A stretch of DNA of 46,162 bases. Source: an uncultured Oligoflexus sp. (GTDB taxonomy: Bacteria > Bdellovibrionota_B > Oligoflexia > Oligoflexales > Oligoflexaceae). Below are positions 9,395 through 17,975 of this stretch, one piece after another. A model generated the notes under the pieces. The model was not told where the DNA came from. It ran no database searches and was given only the letters and a program-made list of their open reading frames with translations. The DNA lies in assembly GCA_964236955.1 (NCBI GenBank), contig CAXSGP010000033.1:1-46162 (forward strand), in the 5' to 3' direction. Each line of letters starts with the position of its first letter. The stretch's first letter is position 1. Both the position numbers and the translations under genes were made by a program.

Positions 9395-10242
9395 GGAGCA
9401 TTCCTCCGTTGCAGGCGATTTAAAGTGGCCCCCATCAGCCGATGCCAAAGGTTGGCTGGAAGCAGCTTGGCCAACAGAGCCGTCATCAGGGCATCGACAC
9501 CCACGACATGCCGCAAGGCCAGGGGGCGCTTCGTCACCAGTCTATACATCGCGCGGGCGACGGGTTCCACGCTCTTGCCCTGATTTCTCGTCGAGATTTT
9601 TTTGCGAAGCCCCTGATAGCCTTGACTCACCTTGAAATAAGCCGAACTCTCATGCGTCACAGCCCACTGGATCGAGCTGCCAAAACCGGTAGGATAGCCA
9701 CCGGGCTCGAGCAGGTAGGAGGCAACCTGAAAAGGCTTAAGTTCAGCGGATAGGGATTCCATCCAGCCTTCCACCGCAAACTTACTCGCACAGTAGGCGC
9801 CGGTCAACGGCAACGCATGGCGACCCAGGATGGAACTTACCGTAAGCAGGACCCCACGGCTTTGCCGCAAAGTTGCTAGGAGTTTTTGCGTAAGGCTAAA
9901 CGTTCCAAAAAAATTGACTTCCATCTGCTTTCGCAAATCGTCGTCGCTCAGATCTTCGGTGGACCCAAACAATCCGTAGCCAGCATTATTAATCAGTGCA
10001 TCAAGGGGGGGCCGCGATGTGATCGTGAGCACCAGGCGGTCGATGGAGGAGGGATCTAAAAGGTCCAGGTCGAGAAGCTCGATACGCTTAGGATAGGCGG
10101 CGATAAGATCACCAAATAAAGGCGCCCGCTCGGATCCACCACGCACGGCGGCAAGCACATTCCAGCCGCCTTGGAGAAATTCCTTACAAGCCGCCTTGCC
10201 AAAACCCGACGAAGCGCCCGTTATCAAAACCGTTTTTTGCAT
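9391..10242 (-). CDS. Short-chain dehydrogenase/reductase (classical SDR)
   Basis: TGASSGFG, NNAG, VSS, catalytic YCASK; three tandem ATGs (10248/10245/10242), the last best spaced from TAAGGA. Confidence 0.95.
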   Translation of the reverse strand: MQKTVLITGASSGFGKAACKEFLQGGWNVLAAVRGGSERAPLFGDLIAAYPKRIELLDLDLLDPSSIDRLVLTITSRPPLDALINNAGYGLFGSTEDLSDDDLRKQMEVNFFGTFSLTQKLLATLRQSRGVLLTVSSILGRHALPLTGAYCASKFAVEGWMESLSAELKPFQVASYLLEPGGYPTGFGSSIQWAVTHESSAYFKVSQGYQGLRKKISTRNQGKSVEPVARAMYRLVTKRPLALRHVVGVDALMTALLAKLLPANLWHRLMGATLNRLQRRNAP

Positions 10243-10251
10243 CATCATTCC

Positions 10252-11040
10252 TTAGCGCACAGCTTCGTTGATGCTCTTCGCAGCCACCGGTAAGGGTCGC
10301 TTAAAACCTGGGAGCGAACAGAGCTTTTTCATCGATTTGTGATAGTAGTGAAAGGGCATTTTCAAAGACATTTCGGCGATACAGGCCAGCTCCTCACCTT
10401 CGCGCCATCCCGGATTTTTCTCATTGAAAAACTTTATGCGCGGATGATTGAGGAGACGGTCATCGATATCGGCAATCCCTATTTTCAGCCGTGCGGCCTT
10501 TTCTTCCGGAAATACCAGAATACCGTCGGGCCTATGACAACCCGGGAACAGATGTTCGGACGCCTGGGCGATCAGGGCGGCCATGGGCAGGGGAGTCGTT
10601 GTTTCAAAGCGGGGATAATGATTTTTGAAATTATTCGCCATAAGCAGGTAAGTTTTGTAACCCTTTGATATTAGAAACCAATACAAGGGCACCCAAGGAC
10701 GCGCCAGCTTCTTTTTAAACAGGTAGATAAGAAAGGCGATACCAAGACTCCTTTGACCCCAAAATTTTTGGTGAATAATGGTGTCGCCACTGAATACGCA
10801 AGGTACCTTTTTATTTCCCTGCATCAAATGGAAGGTCATCAGCGTCGAAAAGCCCTGGAGCTTTCTTTCTTCGCGGTCAAAGAGCAGGATGACCTCGGTC
10901 TTAGCGCTCAGGTCGTCCGCAAAAACCTTGAGACTGATCTGCTCGTAATAGCTTTCATAAAGCTCGAACATTGACCGCACAGTTGTCTCGCTAAGGGCCG
11001 AGGTCGCTTGGACTTTCCAGTAGAGCTTGCTTTTAAACAT
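10252..11040 (-). CDS. Conserved hypothetical protein, probable GNAT-like fold
   Basis: LQGFSTL...VFSGDTII...FWGQRSLG resembles the GNAT acyl-CoA binding loop; LYWFLISKGYKTY block; ATG 11040 lies 1 nt after the Rieske stop. Confidence 0.6.
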   Translation of the reverse strand: MFKSKLYWKVQATSALSETTVRSMFELYESYYEQISLKVFADDLSAKTEVILLFDREERKLQGFSTLMTFHLMQGNKKVPCVFSGDTIIHQKFWGQRSLGIAFLIYLFKKKLARPWVPLYWFLISKGYKTYLLMANNFKNHYPRFETTTPLPMAALIAQASEHLFPGCHRPDGILVFPEEKAARLKIGIADIDDRLLNHPRIKFFNEKNPGWREGEELACIAEMSLKMPFHYYHKSMKKLCSLPGFKRPLPVAAKSINEAVR

Positions 11041-11041
11041 C

Positions 11042-12067
11042 TTAGATCCCTTCGCCAAGTTTGGGCTGACGGAATCCCCATGCCACATGAGGCAGACGAT
11101 CGACATGCTGAACAAATCGCATAATCGCTGCATCCTGAGCAATGGGATGTTTCAATTCAAACCTGATGGTTTGGAAAATCTTAGTATCACCCCTGGCAAA
11201 GTATCTGCCCAAGATATACGTCACACTCAAAAGGAGACGGTTTACAATTTTACCCATTAAGGCGGGTCGCCGCTTGGTGATCACCAAGGTATGGCCTTCA
11301 GCTTTTCCATCAACGGTAGGCCTTAGAGCAAACATAATATGAAAGTGCAGAAAGTCCGGGCCAATGGTAACGGTGCCGTTGCTGCCATTCCAATAGGACA
11401 AATTGTAAGTCAATGCATTGTCATAAAATCGTCCTAAAGTACGCAGCCACCATTTTTCTTTTGGAATAGGGGTACTATTGGCAAAGACGATGGCTTTGCC
11501 GCCCTCAATGTCATTTGGAATCAGTTCGAGTTTGACTGGTAAGTTATGAACCGACGCAAAATGCTGTACATCGATGGCGTTGATCATTACCACATGGGGA
11601 TGACAATTCTTTACAAAGCTATTGGCTACAAGCGCATCTGTTTCGACGTCTTTAAGCTCAGGAACAAAAGGCACGGGTTGATTCGGTTGACCGTCACCAA
11701 CCCAAAGCCAGACTAATCCGTATTTTTCTTCATTGGCCCAGTGCTTCACGGCCACCTTAAGTGGCTTTGGCAAACAGGGAATATCGGTGCATTGGCCTTC
11801 GCCGTTAAATTTCCAGTAATGAAACAGGCAACGAATCTCCTCCCCTTCCACGCGGCCTTCCGCCAGATGCGCCCCCATATGCGGGCAATAAGCATCGAGA
11901 ACATTGAGTTTGCCGCTCACACCACGAAAGATCACCAGGTCATGGTCAAGAAACTTAAGCGGCCGAACTCCTTTTACCGGCACCTCCGATGCTGGTATGG
12001 CCCAATACCAACCTTCGATGATTTTGTCTTTTGAGCCAAAAACGGTATGGGGAGCCTGCGAAAGCAT
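11042..12067 (-). CDS. Rieske non-heme iron oxygenase alpha subunit, copy 2
   Basis: AYCPHMGAHL...RCLFHYW Rieske ligands; INAIDVQHFASVH Fe motif; ATG 12067 behind GGAG. Confidence 0.92.
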   Translation of the reverse strand: MLSQAPHTVFGSKDKIIEGWYWAIPASEVPVKGVRPLKFLDHDLVIFRGVSGKLNVLDAYCPHMGAHLAEGRVEGEEIRCLFHYWKFNGEGQCTDIPCLPKPLKVAVKHWANEEKYGLVWLWVGDGQPNQPVPFVPELKDVETDALVANSFVKNCHPHVVMINAIDVQHFASVHNLPVKLELIPNDIEGGKAIVFANSTPIPKEKWWLRTLGRFYDNALTYNLSYWNGSNGTVTIGPDFLHFHIMFALRPTVDGKAEGHTLVITKRRPALMGKIVNRLLLSVTYILGRYFARGDTKIFQTIRFELKHPIAQDAAIMRFVQHVDRLPHVAWGFRQPKLGEGI

Positions 12068-12248
12068 CAAAATTCTCCGAATGTTCTAGGTTTATTGCTC
12101 AGTCCGTAGCGGCAGATTCCAACCGAGTCATGCGACCCGCCCCCTGGGACTGCTCTTGCCTTTGTGCGCCTTAGCGGCTACCGTCTGGCTCGACGTGTTT
12201 TCACTGATCGAGGCCCTCAGGCACCAGAAAGGCTTGGTCCATCCGGAC

Positions 12249-13850
12249 ATGTTTAATCAAATCTTTATACTCTTCGTTCGCTGGATAAGCCGCATGGCAA
12301 GTCACAGTCAACGCCGAAAGCTTGACCACAGCCTGCGGCTCCCTGAAATAGCACAACTGAAAGTATTAGGCCACCTTCAGCAGCGATTAAAGGGGACCGA
12401 ACGCATCGCGCCGATGAACTGGTCAGACGGATCCAATTATGCGGATTTTGCTAGGAAAATTCCCTGCTCGTACTATGAAGATCTGGAGCCTATGATTCAT
12501 TCCCAGATGAATAATGCCAAAAATATCTTGTCAGCGGAGCCCGTGAAATTTTATGAAAGAACCTCGGGCAGCAGCGGCGCCGCGAAATTCATTCCCTATA
12601 CAAAAAGTTATTTGAAAATCCTTAACACCCTCTTTTTGCTGTGGGTGGACGATCTACTTAATAGCGCCTTGGTGTTTCGAAGCGCGAAGACCTTTGTTTG
12701 TGTGAGTCCACCTTTGCATGGACCTGTTCCGGATGGTCAAAGCCAAATCGGTAGCAATACCGATGTCGATTATATTGCACCCTGGTTGCGGCCCTTGCTC
12801 AAGCGCTTTCTCGCCGTCCCCCTCGCGCTCCATACCGAGCATGACCCTTTAGTCTACCGGGATTTGCTCTGCCTCTATTTGATCGCCGCTGACGATTTGG
12901 AAATCATTTCGCTCTGGAGCCCAAGCCTTTGGTTTGCCATGCAGGAGCATTTTCTGGCCCATCGCCAGCGCCTCTCAACCCATTTGCGGCAAGGTTCCTA
13001 TTCCTCCTCCTCACGACGCTGGAGGTTCAAACGCCTCAGTCAGGCCCGGGCCCACTTGCTTCAGGCACAGGACATCGTCTGGCAGGAGCTTTGGCCAAGC
13101 CTCGTTTTTATTTCCTGTTGGAACCAAGGCCACGCCAAGGCTGGAGCGGAGCAGCTATCCCAAATCTTTCCCAAGGCTTTTTTGCAGGGCAAGGGACTCC
13201 TTGCCACCGAGGCGCCGGTCAGTCTTCCCCTGCTGTCAGCCAAGGTTTCCGTACCTTATCTGACAGAGCTATTCCTTGAGGGTGAAGATCTCGCCGATCA
13301 AAACATTTATCCTCTGTGGCAGTGGCAGGGGGGGCACAGTTATAAACTCATCGTTAGCTTACCCAATGGCATCCTGCGGTACTACTTAGGGGATATCGTG
13401 GCTGTCACCGGCTTTTATCACAAAACCCCAATCTTTGAATTTATGGGGAGAGACACGCCTGTCATGGATCTGGTCGGTGAAAAACTTTCGGAGCTCTTTG
13501 TTCAAAAGGCGGTTGATTCTCTGACTCCAAAACTCACAGGCAATTGGGCCCTCTTTCCCATGCAACATATCAAGCAGAGCGGCTACATCATGCTGATCGA
13601 TTCCTTTCAGGAGGCCGACTATTCACCCGTGCTTGACGAATTTCTCGCAGCGTCGCATCACTATCGATTGGCTAGAAATCTCGGGCAGCTCGCAGCCGTG
13701 ACGATCGTATACTCGCCAAACTGGACTCTGCGTTACCTGACCCTGGCCGCAGAAAGAGGTCAGCAACTTGGCAATGTCAAGCATGCTTTTTTGCAGAAGA
13801 GAATTTTTTCTGAGACCGAAATCCGTTACCTTCGAGGCTTGGCCACATGA
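12249..13850 (+). CDS. GH3 auxin-responsive-promoter family acyl-adenylate-forming enzyme (amido synthetase-like)
   Basis: Motif I TSGSSGAAKFIPYT, motif II GLLATEA, motif III RYYLGD, FMGR...DLVGEKL; start moved to ATG 12249. Confidence 0.88.
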   Translation: MFNQIFILFVRWISRMASHSQRRKLDHSLRLPEIAQLKVLGHLQQRLKGTERIAPMNWSDGSNYADFARKIPCSYYEDLEPMIHSQMNNAKNILSAEPVKFYERTSGSSGAAKFIPYTKSYLKILNTLFLLWVDDLLNSALVFRSAKTFVCVSPPLHGPVPDGQSQIGSNTDVDYIAPWLRPLLKRFLAVPLALHTEHDPLVYRDLLCLYLIAADDLEIISLWSPSLWFAMQEHFLAHRQRLSTHLRQGSYSSSSRRWRFKRLSQARAHLLQAQDIVWQELWPSLVFISCWNQGHAKAGAEQLSQIFPKAFLQGKGLLATEAPVSLPLLSAKVSVPYLTELFLEGEDLADQNIYPLWQWQGGHSYKLIVSLPNGILRYYLGDIVAVTGFYHKTPIFEFMGRDTPVMDLVGEKLSELFVQKAVDSLTPKLTGNWALFPMQHIKQSGYIMLIDSFQEADYSPVLDEFLAASHHYRLARNLGQLAAVTIVYSPNWTLRYLTLAAERGQQLGNVKHAFLQKRIFSETEIRYLRGLAT

Positions 13851-14473
13851 GTGTAAGAGGACGAATCATGGCGTTTTTTCCAGCTGTTCATGCAGCTTTA
13901 ATCCTCGTCAACGGCGTTGCGGCTTTTTATGATCCGGGATGGCTTGGTTGCCTGGTCTTTTCCATATGGCTGTTTCCCCTTCTTTGCTGGCGGATGCACC
14001 ACTGGTTTTGGCCCCTTAAGACGGGCCTGAGTTACCTGGCAAGGCCCGCCTATTCCCCCTGGTGGGGCAGCTACCAGACACAGTATCTTTTTCTCATCCT
14101 GCCCGGTTTGGAACGCATCCTTCATGTCGTTCCCGGCTTATTCAGTCTATGGCTTCGCGCCTGGGGGAGCACGATAGGAAAAGGAGTCTTTTGGACGCCA
14201 CACACCCTCATTCTCGATCGAAGCCTACTTAATTTTGGCGATAGAATTATAGTGGGTCATCGATGCTCCTTTTCGTCGCATATTATTTCGATAAACAAAA
14301 AAGGTGAACTTATTCTCTTTGTTAAATCAATTGAGATTGGCAGCAGCAGTTTTATCGGCGCGGGATCTGACATAGGCCCCGGCACCAAGATCGCACCCTC
14401 TACGCAGTTGCCGATGCAAAGCCAGCTTTATCCCAACCAAAAAGTTGGGTCTTTGCAAGATTCTGACGCCTAG
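13847..14473 (+). CDS. Hexapeptide-repeat (left-handed beta-helix) acyltransferase-like membrane protein
   Basis: N-terminal hydrophobic segments; WLRAWGSTIGKGVFW and IEIGSSSFIGAGSDIGPGTKI repeats; ATGA overlap with GH3. Confidence 0.75.
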   Translation: MSVRGRIMAFFPAVHAALILVNGVAAFYDPGWLGCLVFSIWLFPLLCWRMHHWFWPLKTGLSYLARPAYSPWWGSYQTQYLFLILPGLERILHVVPGLFSLWLRAWGSTIGKGVFWTPHTLILDRSLLNFGDRIIVGHRCSFSSHIISINKKGELILFVKSIEIGSSSFIGAGSDIGPGTKIAPSTQLPMQSQLYPNQKVGSLQDSDA

Positions 14474-14513
14474 CTTCGAGCCTTGCCTGCACACGGATTT
14501 TCGCATCTATTGC

Positions 14514-14542
14514 TAGCGTCAGGGTACAGATTCTGCTACTAT
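14514..14542 (+). promoter_or_regulatory. Possible extended -10 sigma70 promoter for guaBA
   Basis: TGcTACTAT at 14534-14542 with weak -35 TAGCGT 17 nt before the hexamer. Confidence 0.35.
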
Positions 14543-14625
14543 CCCGCCTTAAATCAGATCCCCGGCCAGCATCCAAGAGACGTAGTAAATGACGATGGGC
14601 CCCCTACAATCTGAGGAAGGTCACT

Positions 14626-16104
14626 GTGACAGGTATAAAGCAAAGAGTTTTTAATCTCGGCCTAGCTTATGATGACATTCTAATCTTGCCCCAACATTCC
14701 GAAGTCCTTCCCCACGAAGCCAAACTCGAAACCCAACTCTCGCGCAATATCAAGCTGAAGATCCCCTTGCTCTCGGCCGCGATGGATACGGTTACAGAAG
14801 CAAAATCGGCCATTATCATGGCACAGTCCGGCGGCATCGGTATCATTCATAAGAATTTTACTGTCGAAGATCATGCCGAGGAGATTCGCCAGGTCAAGAA
14901 AAGCGAATCTGGTATTGTCAAAGATCCGGTGACAGTAAGCCCCGAGCAAACCGTTGCTGATGTCCTCGCTATTATGAAACGTGAAAAGTTCTCGGGATTT
15001 CCCGTCGTTGATCAAGGCCGTTTAGTCGGTATCATCACCGGTCGGGATCTGCGCTTTGAAAAGGATCCACGGCGCCCGGTGCGCGAAGTGATGACCAAAA
15101 ACGTCATTACCTGCACCCGTGATACGAGCCCCGACCAGGCCGAAGAGCTATTGCATCGGCACCGCATCGAAAAACTTCCCGTTCTCGATGCCGATGGCCG
15201 CACGCTCATCGGTATGTATACCTTTAAAGATATCAGCAAAGCCAAGGTCTTCCCCAATGCATCGAAAGACAGCGCAGGGCGCCTCCTGGTCGGTGCCGCG
15301 ATCGGTGCCGGCGGCGATTATCTGGAACGTGCCGAAGCCTTGATTCATGCAGGAGTCGATGTCCTCGTCATCGATACCGCGCACGGGCATTCGCAAGGCG
15401 TAATCAATGCCGTGCGTAAGGTCCGATCGAATTTTAAGAAACATAAGTTCGATTTGATCGCCGGCAATATTGCAACGGCTGGTGCAGTGGAAGCTTTGGC
15501 TGAAGCTGGCGTGGATGCCGTGAAGGTGGGCATAGGCCCTGGCAGCATATGTACGACCCGTATCATTGCCGGTATCGGCGTTCCCCAATTCACAGCCGTT
15601 ATGAATTGTTCCGATGCCGCGAGGCGCCTCGGCATTCCAACGATCGCCGATGGAGGCATCAAGTACAGCGGCGACATCGTCAAGGCTCTGGCGGCGGGAG
15701 CCAGCACTGTCATGATCGGCTCCCTCTTTGCCGGAACCGACGAAGCCCCCGGCGAACTCATTATCTATCAAGGCAAGAGCTATAAGCAATATCGTGGAAT
15801 GGGCAGCCTCGGCGCTATGCGCAAGGGCAGCCGCGATCGGTATTTTCAGGCCGATGTTGAAGATCCCGGCAAATTGGTTCCCGAAGGAATCGAAGGCCGT
15901 ATTCCTTATCGTGGCACACTCGCCGATAATATTTTCCAATTGATGGGCGGCCTTCGTTCAGCGATGGGTTATATCGGAGCAGCCAGCATCGATCAACTCT
16001 ATGAGCGGGCCGAATTCGTCCAGATCACCGCCTCCGGCCTCAAGGAAAGTCATGTCCACGATGTCTACATCACGCGTGAAGCTCCGAACTACAAACTCGA
16101 TTGA
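14626..16104 (+). CDS. guaB: IMP dehydrogenase with CBS pair
   Basis: [18 protein letters not shown], catalytic loop [42 protein letters not shown] start behind GAGGAAGG. Confidence 0.98.
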   Translation: MTGIKQRVFNLGLAYDDILILPQHSEVLPHEAKLETQLSRNIKLKIPLLSAAMDTVTEAKSAIIMAQSGGIGIIHKNFTVEDHAEEIRQVKKSESGIVKDPVTVSPEQTVADVLAIMKREKFSGFPVVDQGRLVGIITGRDLRFEKDPRRPVREVMTKNVITCTRDTSPDQAEELLHRHRIEKLPVLDADGRTLIGMYTFKDISKAKVFPNASKDSAGRLLVGAAIGAGGDYLERAEALIHAGVDVLVIDTAHGHSQGVINAVRKVRSNFKKHKFDLIAGNIATAGAVEALAEAGVDAVKVGIGPGSICTTRIIAGIGVPQFTAVMNCSDAARRLGIPTIADGGIKYSGDIVKALAAGASTVMIGSLFAGTDEAPGELIIYQGKSYKQYRGMGSLGAMRKGSRDRYFQADVEDPGKLVPEGIEGRIPYRGTLADNIFQLMGGLRSAMGYIGAASIDQLYERAEFVQITASGLKESHVHDVYITREAPNYKLD

Positions 16105-16113
16105 GGAGTCCCC

Positions 16114-17682
16114 ATGCATTTGCAACGTCCGGTCAACGAAGGCTTCCTCATTCTCGACTACGGCTCTCAGTACACGCTCCTGATCGCCCGCCGTCTGCGG
16201 GAAATCGGTGTCTACGCTGAGATTATCGATGGGACTCGCCAAAGCGAACCCAACGAGGATTTTCATTTTTACGGAATCATACTTTCGGGCGGTCCGGACA
16301 CTGTCGGTGAGGAAGGCGCACGCTCGCTTCCCGCCTGGGTGGCAGCCAGTGATAAACCTATCCTTGGCATTTGCTACGGCATGCAGCTCATGGCAGAAGC
16401 CTCCGGCGGCAAGCTGCGTAGCGGTCAGCAGCGCGAATATGGCAAATCTCATCTCACCTTCGACTGGACGAATCTGCCGAAATACGCGGAAAGCCTCAGG
16501 GCAATGCCGAAGGATCAAATTGTATGGATGAGCCACGGCGATGATGTCGAGGCCCCCCATGATTCCTTTGTAACACTCGCGTATACCGACGACAGGGTCG
16601 TTGGCGTGATCGCGCACCGGGAAAAGCCCTGGATAGGCCTTCAGTATCACCCCGAGGTTCAGCATACGGACCATGGCGAAGCGCTCCTAAAGGCCTTTGT
16701 CTTTGATATCTGTAAGGCGCCCCATAACTGGGATTCCAGTCAAATGCTCAAGGCCTCAATCGACAGGATTCAGAAGAACGTCGGCAAAGGCAAAGTGCTT
16801 ATGGCCGTTTCGGGTGGTGTGGATTCGACGGTTGCCGCTTTGCTTTTGACCCGGGCATTGGGCGCGGAGCAGGTGCATGCGATCTTTGTCGATCATGGCC
16901 TTCTGCGCAAAGATGAAGCGATCTGGGTGCAGGAACAGTTTGCCTCGATGGGCGTAAAGCTCACGACTCTTGATCAAAAAAATCAATTCTATTCGGAACT
17001 CAAAGGCGTCACCGATCCCGAGCAGAAGCGCAAGGTCATCGGTCGCAAATTTATTGAAGCGTTTGAGGCTTTTGCCAAGGGCCATAAAGAGTTTACTCAT
17101 TTGGGTCAAGGCACTCTCTATCCCGACGTTATTGAATCGGCCGGTCACGGGGCCGGCGCCAAGGTTATCAAGAGCCATCATAATGTGGGTGGATTGCCGG
17201 AAAAACTGGCACTGGAATTGGTTGAACCTTTCCGTTATCTCTTTAAAGATGAAGTTCGCATCATCGGCCGCGCTCTGGGGATCCCGCCCTTACTCGTCGA
17301 TCGCCACCCCTTCCCAGGACCTGGCTTAGCGGTGCGTATCATCGGTGCGATCGATTCAGAGAAGGTGCGAATTCTCCAGGAAGCCGACGCTATCTTTATC
17401 CGTCACCTGCATGAGCAGGGATATTATCATCAGGTCTGGCAGGCCTTTGCTGTCCTCTTGCCGGTAAAATCGGTAGGAGTGATGGGTGATAATCGAACCT
17501 ATCAGGACGTTTGTGCTTTGCGTGCAGTGACGGCAAGCGATGGCATGACCGCTGGGGTTGGTGATCTGCCGATCAGTTTCCTTGTCAATGTTGGCAGCGA
17601 GATCGTACGAAAAGTAAATGGCATCAACCGAGTGGTTTATGATGTGACGACCAAACCGCCGGCAACGATTGAGTGGGAGTAG
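16114..17682 (+). CDS. guaA: GMP synthase (glutamine-hydrolysing)
   Basis: ILDYGSQY, GICYGMQ, QYHPEV, SGGVDS, IKSHHNVGGLP, RHPFPGPGL, KPPATIEWE. Confidence 0.98.
   Translation: MHLQRPVNEGFLILDYGSQYTLLIARRLREIGVYAEIIDGTRQSEPNEDFHFYGIILSGGPDTVGEEGARSLPAWVAASDKPILGICYGMQLMAEASGGKLRSGQQREYGKSHLTFDWTNLPKYAESLRAMPKDQIVWMSHGDDVEAPHDSFVTLAYTDDRVVGVIAHREKPWIGLQYHPEVQHTDHGEALLKAFVFDICKAPHNWDSSQMLKASIDRIQKNVGKGKVLMAVSGGVDSTVAALLLTRALGAEQVHAIFVDHGLLRKDEAIWVQEQFASMGVKLTTLDQKNQFYSELKGVTDPEQKRKVIGRKFIEAFEAFAKGHKEFTHLGQGTLYPDVIESAGHGAGAKVIKSHHNVGGLPEKLALELVEPFRYLFKDEVRIIGRALGIPPLLVDRHPFPGPGLAVRIIGAIDSEKVRILQEADAIFIRHLHEQGYYHQVWQAFAVLLPVKSVGVMGDNRTYQDVCALRAVTASDGMTAGVGDLPISFLVNVGSEIVRKVNGINRVVYDVTTKPPATIEWE
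17671..17678 (+). other. GAGTGGGA core at the guaA 3' end, known target of guaA-associated genomic islands
   Basis: Sequence present, though it is also just the conserved E-W-E coding; no second copy seen downstream by eye. Confidence 0.35.
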
Positions 17683-17753
17683 TTTTGTGTTTTCTTTATT
17701 GAGAATGACAAAGAGCCCTAAATGGTAATGGCATTCGCTTAAGAAGCTTAACT

Positions 17754-17788
17754 AAAAGGACTGAGAAGAAATTCTCGGTCCTTTTTTT
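17754..17788 (+). terminator. Rho-independent terminator after guaBA, possibly bidirectional
   Basis: AAAAGGACTGAGAA-gaaa-TTCTCGGTCCTTTTTTT hairpin plus T tract. Confidence 0.85.
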
Positions 17789-17975
17789 ATAGACGGTATT
17801 GAGTATTCTAAAATTTAATTATAATCCATTGTGATTAAGCTTTGGTTCCGCAAGGGGCCAACGGCCTTCTGCGGAACTGTTTGCATTGAAGCGAGTGTCC
17901 AGCCTCGGTACCACAGAGGGTCCTATAGCGACGCTCACGATATAATTTCGAAGAAGGCCGCAGTCCTCAATTTCC

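Larger units (their letters stand above)
5251..14473. other. Putative biosynthetic gene cluster (CylC-type halogenase / two Rieske oxygenases / GH3), two divergent operons
   Basis: Eight minus-strand genes with short gaps or overlaps (5251-12067) and two plus-strand genes with an ATGA overlap (12249-14473); all are tailoring, redox or ligase enzymes; flanked by unrelated genes. Confidence 0.85.

Noticed and set aside
5999..12067. Reading the operon as an aromatic or steroid degradation pathway
   Set aside because: No ring-cleavage enzyme, beta subunit, reductase, uptake system or regulator; the CylC-like, GH3 and acyltransferase genes point to biosynthesis
14474..14625. Purine riboswitch upstream of guaB (also sought upstream of prfC-guaD)
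   Set aside because: No recognisable aptamer core or expression-platform terminator
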